Shown here one piece after another: positions 8,938-17,811 of a stretch of DNA of 64,000 nt. The notes below the pieces were generated by a model, which made no database searches, was not told where the DNA came from, and saw only the letters and a program-made list of their open reading frames with translations. Origin of the DNA: a virus (lineage: Duplodnaviria > Caudoviricetes). The DNA lies in the IMG/VR virus record IMGVR_UViG_3300014031_000001, positions 54,653 through 118,652 of that record; one strand, written 5' to 3'. How positions within the stretch are numbered: position 1 is the stretch's first letter; the number at the start of each line of letters is the position of its first letter. The position numbers and the translations under genes were made by a program.

Positions 8938-9854
8938 CAGAGGGCCCGAATTTTCTGACCCATGATGTGCAGGCGGTCGTCGATCGTTTGGTAGCGCTCA
9001 CGGTGGAGATTCAAGGCGGCGCTGTAGCCGTGGTAGGTCTTGAGCGTGATGTAGAGCGGGTGCTCGCCGTTCACGACTTCGGCGGGCAGGAAGCCGCTGA
9101 TGAGCTCCTGGGGGGCCTTCTGGTCGGCGGTCTTCGTCAAGAAGAACTCGACCACCTGGTTGCCAAGCCGTGGCTCGACGAGGCCTTCCCCCTTGAGCAC
9201 GTGCGCTAGCTTGCCAAGCGCCGGGCGCGCCAGGTCGGCCATGCCGGCCGCCTTCGTCATGTGATAGACCGTGCCGAGAAGCGACGTGCGCTCGGGGCCG
9301 CTGCCGCCGGAGAGGACCACCTGGCGGGCCTCCTTGATGAAGGCGCGCTCGGCGGCCAGACAGGCCACCTCGGCCTTGTAGACGGCGTCGCCGGCGCGCT
9401 GCTTGTCGAAGGCGACCTTCTCGGAGCGCTGGCGCAGCTCGCGCTTGACGCCGGCCGTCTTGTCCATGAGTTCGGGCTCGACGCCGAACATCTCAAAGGG
9501 CGACGGGTTTTTGTCGCTGAAGACCGGGTCAGGCATCGCCATCGCGATCTTCTGCGAGCCGCCGTCGACCTGAAGGCCAGCGATCACCGCCGTGGCGTCA
9601 GCCAGTGGGAAGTGCGCGGCGTGGTACTTCGACTCGTCGTTGGCGTACTTGTGCTGGTGGATCAGCTTATTCGCTTCACCGGCCAACAGCTGCACTTGCT
9701 CGGGCGTCAGGTCTTCCGACTGCGCGATCTTGGTGAGGCTCGTCGTCGGCTCGGTCCCCTGCGTGAGGTAAGCGCTGGCGATCGATCCCGCCCACTCGCG
9801 GAAATGCTCCATAGAGAGCTTTTGCTCTGTGAAAGAGCTAGCGTCGAAAAACAT
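8937..9854 (-). CDS. Head-associated protein with KxA motifs
   Basis: TKIA, QKIA, DKTA, EKVA, TKAA, GKLA, TKTA. First gene of the head operon. Confidence 0.55.
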   Translation of the reverse strand: MFFDASSFTEQKLSMEHFREWAGSIASAYLTQGTEPTTSLTKIAQSEDLTPEQVQLLAGEANKLIHQHKYANDESKYHAAHFPLADATAVIAGLQVDGGSQKIAMAMPDPVFSDKNPSPFEMFGVEPELMDKTAGVKRELRQRSEKVAFDKQRAGDAVYKAEVACLAAERAFIKEARQVVLSGGSGPERTSLLGTVYHMTKAAGMADLARPALGKLAHVLKGEGLVEPRLGNQVVEFFLTKTADQKAPQELISGFLPAEVVNGEHPLYITLKTYHGYSAALNLHRERYQTIDDRLHIMGQKIRAL

Positions 9855-9980
9855 GCTGACGTTCCTCGAATGTCGGGTGATGTAGATTTGTCAAAGTATA
9901 GCCCCCCTTCATATAAGAGTCCAAGGATTTCAACCAACTTACGCCTCCCGCCGCTTGACTTTTCCGACTTCGCCAAACGC

Positions 9981-10008
9981 AAAAAGGCCGGCGAGGTGCC
10001 GGCCTTTC
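9981..10008. terminator. Hairpin, probable minus-strand terminator
   Basis: aaaaaggccggc-gaggt-gccggccttt. Confidence 0.5.
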
Positions 10009-10049
10009 GGGTGTTTGGTTTGACCCGTGATTAAATAGAAGGGCGCCGC

Positions 10050-10277
10050 CTACCCGGCGAGCGCCTTGGCGAAAGCCTGGCCGCCCCGGTGGGCCCACTT
10101 GGCGAGCACCCCGCGCAAAGAGGCCACGATGTGGGCGCAGAGCACCTGCTCGACTGTCGTTACGGCCGCCGCCGGGTCGGACGCGCCGTCGCGCAGCGCC
10201 CCCTCGAGCTTGCGCCGGGTCGTCGTCGAAAAGAGCGGTCCGTCGCGCTGTCCATCCATCTGCCGCACGTCACCCAT
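10050..10277 (-). CDS. Hypothetical protein
   Basis: ATG at 10277 with RBS aggagg; 75 aa. Confidence 0.45.
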   Translation of the reverse strand: MGDVRQMDGQRDGPLFSTTTRRKLEGALRDGASDPAAAVTTVEQVLCAHIVASLRGVLAKWAHRGGQAFAKALAG

Positions 10278-10501
10278 GGCCAACCTCCTGGCTGTGTAAT
10301 CCGACGTCACCATAGGAGCCGCGGCCCGCACGTGTCAACCGATCACCCCGGGGGCTGACATGTTCCAGTGCGAGATCTGCGAGGACCAGGTGTCAAAAGC
10401 AGGCACCCAGTGCACCTGTGGACATCTGACAATCGACCCGCAAAAACGAGTGACTGGGCTTTGTTTTCGACGAATCGCCGAAGCCGGACGGGCCGCAGGG
10501 T

Positions 10502-10509
10502 GGTATAAG
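10502..10509 (+). promoter_or_regulatory. GGTATAAG motif (candidate phage promoter)
   Basis: Exact octamer about 30 nt upstream of the HD nuclease start; one of 8 copies. Confidence 0.65.
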
Positions 10510-10540
10510 TCTTCCGCAATAAACACTGCGGAGGATCCTG

Positions 10541-11554
10541 ATGGGTTTGAAGGCGTTAGTCGCGGGGTCGACCGTGGAGGACCCCCTCGAAGTGCTCGTC
10601 CTAGGCGTGACCGAAGGCATCACAAAAAAGGGCGACCCCTACCTAAAACTGAACCTGCGGGACCTCACGGGGGAGCTTGAAGCTCGCCTGTGGAAGTACG
10701 ACAAAGTGTTGATGGGCTTCATCAAAGTAGGGGTCGTCCTGGCCATCACCGGGCGCGCCGACTCCTATATGGACCAGGTGCAGATGCACCTCGACTCGGT
10801 GACCCTGGTGGACAAAGACCCGATGGTGTTCGCCAAAATGACCCGATTTGACATCGACGTGATGTGGGGCTACGTCGGGGGCGTCATCACCGGCATGACC
10901 GAGCCGCTTACTAAGGCAGTGGCGCGCCAGATCATGACGGGTCACCAGAGCTTCATCGCCGCCTACAAGAAAGCCCCGGCCGCCAAGGCGGTCCACAACG
11001 CCTGGTATGGCGGTCTTTTAGAGCACGTCTACTCGCTGTGCCTTCTGGCGCGGCCGGTCATCGGCCACTACCAGCGCCACTACTGCGACCGCTTCAGCGC
11101 CGACAAGGTCTACTTCGGCCTGCTCCTCCACGACGCCGGCAAGATCATCGAGTACGACGCCAGCAACCCCGCCTTTCCCCTTACGGGCGAAGGCATTTTC
11201 GCCAACCACATGGTGCTCGGGCCGGCCTGGGCCTACGAGAAGGCCAACCTCTGGTGGGCCGAAAACAAGGACGTGATGCCGGTCGCCAAGTTTCGCCTCG
11301 AGCGCGCGCACCTCATGCACGTGCTCGCCGCCCACCACGGCCGCGTCGACTGGGGCAGCCCCGTCGTGCCGGCCTCTCTTGAGGCAATCCTAGTGCACCA
11401 CCTAGACAATTTGGACGCCAAGATGCTGCACGCCATGGACTATGTCGACGGGGCTGAAGGGCCGACGGCGGGCTTTAGCGAGAAGAGCTGGATCGAGCGT
11501 GCTTGCTACTATCAGTACCCAGACTGTAAAGTCGATAGTGGCAAAGACGGGTAG
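10541..11554 (+). CDS. YhaM/Cbf1-like OB-fold + HD-domain 3'-5' exonuclease
   Basis: 'TKKGDPYLKLNLRDLTGELEARLW' OB-fold, 'PAAKAVHNAWYGGLLEH', 'LLHDAGK', 'AHHG', 'EAILVHHLDNLDA'. Confidence 0.88.
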   Translation: MGLKALVAGSTVEDPLEVLVLGVTEGITKKGDPYLKLNLRDLTGELEARLWKYDKVLMGFIKVGVVLAITGRADSYMDQVQMHLDSVTLVDKDPMVFAKMTRFDIDVMWGYVGGVITGMTEPLTKAVARQIMTGHQSFIAAYKKAPAAKAVHNAWYGGLLEHVYSLCLLARPVIGHYQRHYCDRFSADKVYFGLLLHDAGKIIEYDASNPAFPLTGEGIFANHMVLGPAWAYEKANLWWAENKDVMPVAKFRLERAHLMHVLAAHHGRVDWGSPVVPASLEAILVHHLDNLDAKMLHAMDYVDGAEGPTAGFSEKSWIERACYYQYPDCKVDSGKDG

Positions 11555-11587
11555 ATCAACCTGGCACTGCCGGAAAAAGACGTGGAG

Positions 11588-11622
11588 GGCGCGGCCTAGG
11601 TCGCGCCTTTCGTTTTTTTTTC
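11588..11622 (+). terminator. Intrinsic terminator
   Basis: ggcgcggcc-ta-ggtcgcgcc followed by a long T tract. Confidence 0.65.
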
Positions 11623-11657
11623 TTGCGCGCTATAGTCTCTTTCCCCGGAGGAACACA

Positions 11658-12083
11658 ATGACGCGCCTGAACTTGCCGAAGATGAAAGTCCGCCGCCGCG
11701 GCTCGACCGTCTACTCGGAGGCTGTCGTCGACACGACGCCCCAGCTTCTCACCGACAAGATGCGCAGCTTCGAGGGGGCCTGCCTGCAGATACCGGCGAC
11801 GGTCCCGGCCCACGCCGCCCTCACCCTGCGCGCTCTGTTCGACTGCTTTACGAAGGCGGGCACCGTCCGCGAGGGCCTACTCGGTGACATCGTCTACGGC
11901 TTTGCCGCCGCCGGGCACACGCCGCTTGCGACCATGCAAGGTCTCTTTGCGCTCGAGACGGCCGGCTACCTGCGCTTTCAAGCCGCCGACGGCGCCTTCG
12001 TCCACCCCGAAAGCGACCAGATCGGCCGCGCCTGGGTGCGCTACCAGCCGAAACTCCACGCCCTGCTTTACGTAAAGGCCTGA
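11658..12083 (+). CDS. Hypothetical protein (possible winged helix)
   Basis: ATG 11658 with RBS ggagg; 141 aa. Confidence 0.55.
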   Translation: MTRLNLPKMKVRRRGSTVYSEAVVDTTPQLLTDKMRSFEGACLQIPATVPAHAALTLRALFDCFTKAGTVREGLLGDIVYGFAAAGHTPLATMQGLFALETAGYLRFQAADGAFVHPESDQIGRAWVRYQPKLHALLYVKA

Positions 12084-12086
12084 CCC

Positions 12087-12482
12087 ATGTCGACGCTCTA
12101 CACCCCCGATGGCTTCAAGGTCCCGCCCAAACGCGCCGCGCCGGTCAACAACATGGCCCAGGTTTTAGGTAAGCTCGAGCGCGTGATGGGCCTTCCCGTC
12201 GGCTCGCGTTTTCCTCAAAACGAAGTCGGCGCCGTGTCGCTTAAGCCCGAGGACTCGATGACGGTGGCGCTCACCTGCGCCCTGGCCCTCGAGAAGTCCG
12301 GGGTGCTTGACCGGGCCGTGGTGGCCGTCGAGCTCGAGGCGGCCCGTAACGATCTTGCGTCCGCTACCTCTGAGCTTCGGACGATGTCTGCCGAGCTCGC
12401 CATCGCCAAAGCCGAGGGCGCCTCGCTGCGCGAGAAGCTGGCCGAGGCCGCCCGCCAGGCGCGCGAGGCGGCGGCGCATTGA
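12087..12482 (+). CDS. Hypothetical protein with C-terminal coiled coil
   Basis: 131 aa, operonic spacing. Confidence 0.55.
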   Translation: MSTLYTPDGFKVPPKRAAPVNNMAQVLGKLERVMGLPVGSRFPQNEVGAVSLKPEDSMTVALTCALALEKSGVLDRAVVAVELEAARNDLASATSELRTMSAELAIAKAEGASLREKLAEAARQAREAAAH

Positions 12483-13423
12483 TCCGTGTCCTCCACCTTT
12501 CTGACACCCAGCTCTCCGGCAGCCCGGTTCGCATCGTCGACATGCTCAACCGCCACGCCGAGGGCGTCGAGGCCCGCCACATGGTCTGGCACCCGACGAT
12601 GGGCTACCGCTCGTTCAAGACCGACCTCGTGTCCAGCACCATGGCGGCCGACGAGGCCCAGTCGTGGCTCGCCTGGGCCGACATCATTCACTTCCACAAC
12701 CGCTGGCGTCGCCAAGAGATTTTCCAAAAGCACGGCCTCGAGGTCCCCAAGCGGCCGGCCGTCATCCAGGTGCACAGCCCCCGCCAGTCGGAGGACTTTC
12801 GCGACGAGGTCGCCTCGAAGCTGCCGCTCGCCATCATCGCCCAGTACCATGTGCGCCAGTGGCCGGAGCTTAGCTACATCGTACCGAACGTCGTCGACAT
12901 CTCCGACGAGCCATACGTCAGCCGCGTGCGGGTGCCTGGCAACTCACTGCCGACCGTCTCCTACGCGCCGAGCAACACCAACGCCATGGGCTGGGACAAC
13001 AAGGGCTACGGCGTCGTCGCACCGTTTCTAAAGCGCCTGCGCTTCAGCGGCGCCATCAACTTCCAGCTGCTCGTTGGTAAGCCCCACGACGAGGTCCTGG
13101 CGGCCAAGGCCGACGCCGACATCGGCATCGACGAAGTCGTCACCGGCAGCTACCACCTGAGCTCGCTCGAGTACCTGGCGTTTGGCATCCCGTGCATCGC
13201 CCACCTGGACGCGCTCACTGAAAAGGTCGTGAAGGTCCTGACCGGTGCGGCGACCTTGCCGTGGACGCCGGCCACGCGGGCGACCTTCACCGGCGTCGTC
13301 AGCGCCATCCTGCAGCAGCGCGACTGGGCTGCGCGCGGCCTCGAGGCCGCCTCGTGGATGGCCCGCTACTGGAGCCCCGAGACGCTTGCCCGCCACTACT
13401 GCGAGCTCTACGCGAAGCTCTAA
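12479..13423 (+). CDS. Glycosyltransferase (GT-B fold, GT4-like)
   Basis: 'WADIIHFHN', 'IVPNVVD', 'ADIGIDEVVTGSYHLSSLEYLAFGIPCI' nucleotide-sugar-binding motif. Confidence 0.75.
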   Translation: MIRVLHLSDTQLSGSPVRIVDMLNRHAEGVEARHMVWHPTMGYRSFKTDLVSSTMAADEAQSWLAWADIIHFHNRWRRQEIFQKHGLEVPKRPAVIQVHSPRQSEDFRDEVASKLPLAIIAQYHVRQWPELSYIVPNVVDISDEPYVSRVRVPGNSLPTVSYAPSNTNAMGWDNKGYGVVAPFLKRLRFSGAINFQLLVGKPHDEVLAAKADADIGIDEVVTGSYHLSSLEYLAFGIPCIAHLDALTEKVVKVLTGAATLPWTPATRATFTGVVSAILQQRDWAARGLEAASWMARYWSPETLARHYCELYAKL

Positions 13424-13432
13424 GCCCTTCTG

Positions 13433-13440
13433 GGTATAAG
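13433..13440 (+). promoter_or_regulatory. GGTATAAG motif
   Basis: Intergenic, about 40 nt upstream of small ORF 13480. Confidence 0.65.
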
Positions 13441-13479
13441 ACTGTTGGATAAAGTTGACAACCTATAGGGAGGTCCGAC

Positions 13480-13677
13480 GTGGAGCAGCCTGCCAGCATA
13501 CGCAAAGCTTTTCGTCTTGTGGAAAACTTCGACTACCGCGCGGACCTCGCCAAGAGGGAGGGCCTCGCGGCGGCCGTCACCTGTCTTGGCCTTCTCGTGG
13601 CGCTCGTCGGGGTGGCGAAGATCGTCAAGGCCCGACAGAAACCTAAACCGCGCGCCAAGCTGCGCGTCGTGGCTTAA
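13480..13677 (+). CDS. Small single-pass membrane protein
   Basis: GTG start with RBS gggagg; hydrophobic helix 'AAAVTCLGLLVALVGVA' then a basic tail. Confidence 0.6.
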   Translation: MEQPASIRKAFRLVENFDYRADLAKREGLAAAVTCLGLLVALVGVAKIVKARQKPKPRAKLRVVA

Positions 13678-13684
13678 CCAGGTA

Positions 13685-13712
13685 GCCCGGCCACAGGGCC
13701 GGGTTTCTTTTT
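13685..13712 (+). terminator. Intrinsic terminator
   Basis: gcccggcc-acag-ggccgggt followed by ttctttttt. Confidence 0.7.
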
Positions 13713-13722
13713 ACCAGTGCCT

Positions 13723-13730
13723 GGTATAAG
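13723..13730 (+). promoter_or_regulatory. GGTATAAG motif
   Basis: Directly after a terminator, about 38 nt upstream of the DNA polymerase ATG. Confidence 0.7.
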
Positions 13731-13767
13731 TAATTCGGTATGCACTACACACCGGAGGACGCAGCCC

Positions 13768-15627
13768 ATGAGCTGGAACTATATCACCACGCAAGGTGAA
13801 GTTGAGGCACTTCTGCCCCGACTCATGGAGAAGCCGTCCTGGGGGTTTGACACCGAAACGACCGGCCTTGATTCACACGTCGACAAGGTGCTGACGATTC
13901 AGCTCGGGCGCCCCGAAGAGCAGTTCATCATCGACGCGCGTAAGGTCGATGTCTCGCCGCTACGCCCCTTCTTCGAGTCATCGATCAAGAAGATCGCCCA
14001 CAATGGCAAGTTCGACTACAAGATGATGAAGGGCAGCTTCGGCATCGACGTCGAGAGCATCCGCTGCACCTATCTTGGCGAGAAGGCTCTGCACGTCGGG
14101 CGCCGCTTTGCCGGCTTTGATCTCGGCAGCATCATCCAAAACCGCCTCGGCATCACCGTCGACAAGGCCCTGCAAAAGTCCTTCATCGGCCACAAGGGCG
14201 AGTTCTCAAGAGAGCAGCTCGCGTACGCCGCGGCCGACGTCTCCCATCTTCTGCCGCTTTCCTTGAGCCAGTGCACCGAGATGATCGCCGACGGCATCGG
14301 CCCCACCTGGGTGCTCGAGTGCGAGGCCTTGCCGTGCTTTGGCGACATGGAGTTCGCCGGCGTCCTTCTAGACCAAGACCACTGGAAGGAGCTTATCGCC
14401 AGCAACGAAGCCGAGGCCGCGCGCCTGCGCCAAGAGATGGACGAGTACGCGCGTCACTTTTTCCCCGTCAATCTTTTCGGAGACGTCGAGATCAACTACG
14501 ACTCGCCGCCGCAGATCCTTTCGCTCCTACAGCGCATGGGGGTGCAGGTAAACGAGATGGATTTCAAAACGGGAAAGGGGTTTCAAAAGCTCGTCTACAA
14601 GACCGACGACAAGACGCTTAAAAAGGTAAAGGACACGCCTTTCATCAAGCTTCTGAAGGCCTATCGTGGATACCAAATTCGTATCAACACTTTTGGCTAC
14701 CCCTTCCTCAAAGCGGTCCACCCGGTAACGGGGCGCATCCACCCGTCGATTCGCCAGTACGGCACCGAGACCGGACGGCCCGCCGCCGCCAAGGACAAGG
14801 GCTCGGTCAACATGCTGAACATCCCGCGTGAAAACGCTTTCCGGAAAGGGTTTATTGCCCCTGACGACTACGTTGTCGAGACCGACGACTACAGCGGTTG
14901 CGAGCTGCGCATCCTCGCCGAACGCTCGCGCGACCCCGGCCTGATCGAGGCCTTCGCCAACGGCATCGACGTACACTGCTACGTCGCCAGCCGGCTCTTT
15001 GGCGTGGAAGTGACTAAAACAAATGAGAATAAAGGGCTGCGCACGCCGACCAAGCCGCTCAACTTCGGCATCGCCTACGGCATGGGCATCAGCTCCCTCT
15101 ACGAAAGAATCAACGCCGAGGGCTACCCCATCACGCTCGACGACACGGCGAAGCTCTACCGCCGCTACTGCGACGTCGAGTTCAAGGTGGCCGTCAACCA
15201 CCTGCGCGACACTGGCAAACTGGCCGTCGAGCAGGGCTACCTGGCCAACGCCAACGGGCGGCGGCGCTACTGGATGCCGCCTAACGCGCGCGATCGCGAC
15301 AAGTACCCCAACGGGGAGCGCGACCCGCGCTACCGCGGTGCCGTCGGCAAGCTCGAGCGCGAAGGCGGCAACTTCGACATCCAGTCGGTCAACGCCGACA
15401 TGACAAAGGCGGCGATGGCGTCGATCCGCGCCTACAAGAAAAAGCACAAGGTCCGCACCGAATTCGCCAACCAGGTCTACGACGAAATCGTGACCATGAC
15501 CCACAAGGGCGACACAGAGGCCTTCCACCCCATAAAGCAAAAACTGATGATCGAAGCCGCTGCGCGCTGGCTCAAGGTCGTGCCGATGGAGGTCGACGGG
15601 CACGTCGGCCCCGCCTGGCAAAAATAA
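13768..15627 (+). CDS. polA: Family A DNA polymerase (3'-5' exonuclease + polymerase, no 5' nuclease)
   Basis: Exo I DTETTG, Exo II HNGKFD, Exo III YAAADV; motif A DYSGCELRILA, motif B RTPTKPLNFGIAYG, motif C QVYDEI. ATG 13768 with RBS ggagg. Confidence 0.93.
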   Translation: MSWNYITTQGEVEALLPRLMEKPSWGFDTETTGLDSHVDKVLTIQLGRPEEQFIIDARKVDVSPLRPFFESSIKKIAHNGKFDYKMMKGSFGIDVESIRCTYLGEKALHVGRRFAGFDLGSIIQNRLGITVDKALQKSFIGHKGEFSREQLAYAAADVSHLLPLSLSQCTEMIADGIGPTWVLECEALPCFGDMEFAGVLLDQDHWKELIASNEAEAARLRQEMDEYARHFFPVNLFGDVEINYDSPPQILSLLQRMGVQVNEMDFKTGKGFQKLVYKTDDKTLKKVKDTPFIKLLKAYRGYQIRINTFGYPFLKAVHPVTGRIHPSIRQYGTETGRPAAAKDKGSVNMLNIPRENAFRKGFIAPDDYVVETDDYSGCELRILAERSRDPGLIEAFANGIDVHCYVASRLFGVEVTKTNENKGLRTPTKPLNFGIAYGMGISSLYERINAEGYPITLDDTAKLYRRYCDVEFKVAVNHLRDTGKLAVEQGYLANANGRRRYWMPPNARDRDKYPNGERDPRYRGAVGKLEREGGNFDIQSVNADMTKAAMASIRAYKKKHKVRTEFANQVYDEIVTMTHKGDTEAFHPIKQKLMIEAAARWLKVVPMEVDGHVGPAWQK

Positions 15628-15631
15628 GGAG

Positions 15632-15826
15632 GTGCCCGTGCCCCGCGAAACGCTCGCAGAGCAGCTCGCTCGCCTCGCCCAGCTTGCCCTCAAGGCGGAC
15701 CGCCAAGGCCAAATGGTCAGCGTCTTTGAGGTCGGCGAGATCGTGACCATCCGTTTTCAAAAACCCGACGCGCAGCCTGCGCGCAGGGTCCGCACATCTG
15801 GAGCCCGCGATGACAGCGCAGTTTGA
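15632..15826 (+). CDS. Hypothetical small protein
   Basis: Follows the polymerase, RBS taaggagg; true start may be the second GTG. Confidence 0.5.
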   Translation: MPVPRETLAEQLARLAQLALKADRQGQMVSVFEVGEIVTIRFQKPDAQPARRVRTSGARDDSAV

Positions 15827-16124
15827 GACGTCCGACCTCGAGACGAAGGTTCTTCATTTCGAGGACAAGGTCCAGGAGGTACGCCGGCGCCACGGCCGCC
15901 TCCACTACCTCGACAAGACCGGTATGCGCACGGCCGGTGACATCGAAACGGTCGTGCGGGCCTACTCGCCCAACGACAACCCGCGCAACTGTATGGTCGA
16001 CATCGTGACCGACTTCATGCACTTTTGCACCGCTGAGCAGGTGAGCTTCGAAAAGGTCCTTACGGCTGCCCGTAAAAACTACCTGCGGGAAGCAAAGCCC
16101 GGACTTGACTCGTTTTTGATTTAG
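15810..16124 (+). CDS. Hypothetical protein
   Basis: 104 aa, operonic. Confidence 0.55.
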   Translation: MTAQFETSDLETKVLHFEDKVQEVRRRHGRLHYLDKTGMRTAGDIETVVRAYSPNDNPRNCMVDIVTDFMHFCTAEQVSFEKVLTAARKNYLREAKPGLDSFLI

Positions 16125-16163
16125 CTAGAAATTGGTTGCTACCACTGCGAAGGAGAATTCAGC

Positions 16164-16553
16164 ATGGCAAAGAAGAGCAAGGCCACCCGCGGCCAACGTA
16201 AGACAGGCCGCCCCGCGGCGGTGAAGGCCGCCGCCCGCAAGGTCGCCAAGGTCGGCGGACGCGGCAAGCGCACCGTCGTCAGCCCCTTCACCGTGCCTGA
16301 GGGCTACGCCGGCACAAAGCTCAGCTTCCACAACGACGCGCCGTTTGTGGCGCTGTCGATCGAGACCTTCACCGTCGGCTCCGACGAGTGGCTTTCGGCG
16401 ACGGGCGGCGACGGCAGCCGTATTGTGGTGCGGCTCAACAGCGTTGCGCGGCTGGCATCGTTTCTTGGAAACGATCTGCTGTCGGACGATTTTGACGAGC
16501 TCGAGAAGGAGACGGAAGAAGACAAAGATCCGCACGCGGGTCTGCATGCCTAA
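16164..16553 (+). CDS. Hypothetical protein, basic N-terminus and acidic C-terminus
   Basis: RBS aaggag; 129 aa. Confidence 0.6.
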   Translation: MAKKSKATRGQRKTGRPAAVKAAARKVAKVGGRGKRTVVSPFTVPEGYAGTKLSFHNDAPFVALSIETFTVGSDEWLSATGGDGSRIVVRLNSVARLASFLGNDLLSDDFDELEKETEEDKDPHAGLHA

Positions 16554-16767
16554 GGCAGCACGCAGAAAGCGCAGCCCGACGCCGCGCCCTGGGCAGGTCT
16601 GGCAGGACAACGACCCGCGCTGCATGGGCGAGCGGCGGGTCGCCGTCGTTGAGCTGCACCCCAGCTATGCGTTGGTTCGCAACGTCCTGACGGGGCGCTG
16701 CACGAAGACGAGCCGCGAGCGCTTTGACGACCGCCGCAGCGGCTTCAGCTACGTCTCAAAACGCTAG
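16546..16767 (+). CDS. Hypothetical small SH3-like protein
   Basis: ATG overlapping the upstream gene end; 'PRPGQVWQDNDPR'. Confidence 0.5.
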   Translation: MPKAARRKRSPTPRPGQVWQDNDPRCMGERRVAVVELHPSYALVRNVLTGRCTKTSRERFDDRRSGFSYVSKR

Positions 16768-16774
16768 AATCCCA

Positions 16775-16782
16775 GGTATAAG
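16775..16782 (+). promoter_or_regulatory. GGTATAAG motif
   Basis: Intergenic, followed by a hairpin and ORF 16836. Confidence 0.6.
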
Positions 16783-16835
16783 TATCCTGCAGGCGCCGCT
16801 CACTTTCGAGCGGCGCCTTCTTTATTGGGGGCGCG

Positions 16836-17027
16836 ATGGTTCCAGACTTCCTTTTCTTGTGGCTCATCCACAGCCTCTTTTGGTTCGTGCTCAGCGTGCT
16901 GGCGGCCGTCCTACGCGGCGGCTATAACGCTATGCGTCCGCGCAGCGCCGTCGCCATGGCGCTGGCGTCGACAGCCCTTCAGACCCTATCGCTCGTCTAC
17001 ATCAGAATGCATTGGAGGCTCTTATGA
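16836..17027 (+). CDS. Small two-TM membrane protein
   Basis: Hydrophobic 63 aa; stop overlaps the next start (ATGA). Confidence 0.5.
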   Translation: MVPDFLFLWLIHSLFWFVLSVLAAVLRGGYNAMRPRSAVAMALASTALQTLSLVYIRMHWRLL

Positions 17028-17803
17028 CCGCCGTTTCTTATGACTTTCCCGTGGCCCTGGAACCGGTCTTCACCAGCAAGGGTAAAAGTATCGCCAACTC
17101 GCGCGCCGTTGTGCGCACCGACACGGGCGAGGCGTTGTCGGTCGTCAGCGACCGCTACAGCATCATCCGCCACGACACGGTGCTGAAGGCCGCCGATGCC
17201 TTCGTCAGCCACTTCGGCGCCCCCGAGGTGCGCCACCACCTGACCGGCAACGGCGCCAACCTGGTGGCCGAGTACTCGTTTAAAGACCAGCAGGCCGACG
17301 CCGGCGTCAACGACACGGTAGGGCTCGTCGTCTACATCCGCAACGCCTACCGGCCGGGCGTGTCCGCGCAGGTGCGCGTCGGCGCCCTCGTCTTGGCCTG
17401 CAAAAACGGCATGGTGATCCCGCGCACCGTCTTTAACCTGTCCGTGCGCCACACCGGTAACGTCCAAGACGTCCGCTTCCCCGAGCCTGACCAAGTCATG
17501 ACGGCCTTCCGCGAGCAGTCGGCCGGCTGGAGGACGCTGGGCAGGATCCAACTTTTAAAGGACACGGGTTACGACTTCCTTGCCGAGGGCGGCCCACTTA
17601 GAGACGCTCTGCCCGCCGCGACGGCCCGCGAGGCCTACGCTATGTGGCTCGACAACTACGACAAGGACCAGAACACCGCCTGGCACATGATGCAGCACAT
17701 CACCAACCTTGTGACGCATCGGCCAGGGAGGCTCTCTTACCTCGGGCAGCTTGCCCGCCTTGAGCGGGTCGTCGGCACGTTCAATAAACACTTCGTGGAC
17801 TGA
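17024..17803 (+). CDS. DUF932-like phage protein
   Basis: 'AVVRTDTGEALSVVSDRYSII' and 'LACKNGMV' motifs typical of the family. Confidence 0.7.
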   Translation: MTAVSYDFPVALEPVFTSKGKSIANSRAVVRTDTGEALSVVSDRYSIIRHDTVLKAADAFVSHFGAPEVRHHLTGNGANLVAEYSFKDQQADAGVNDTVGLVVYIRNAYRPGVSAQVRVGALVLACKNGMVIPRTVFNLSVRHTGNVQDVRFPEPDQVMTAFREQSAGWRTLGRIQLLKDTGYDFLAEGGPLRDALPAATAREAYAMWLDNYDKDQNTAWHMMQHITNLVTHRPGRLSYLGQLARLERVVGTFNKHFVD

Positions 17804-17811
17804 GGCTTTTC

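Noticed and set aside
10360-10680. Cys-rich plus-strand ORF (MFQCEIC...CTCGH)
   Set aside because: It overlaps the HD nuclease gene by about 140 nt and spans its promoter motif. It could be a short Zn-binding gene but support is insufficient.
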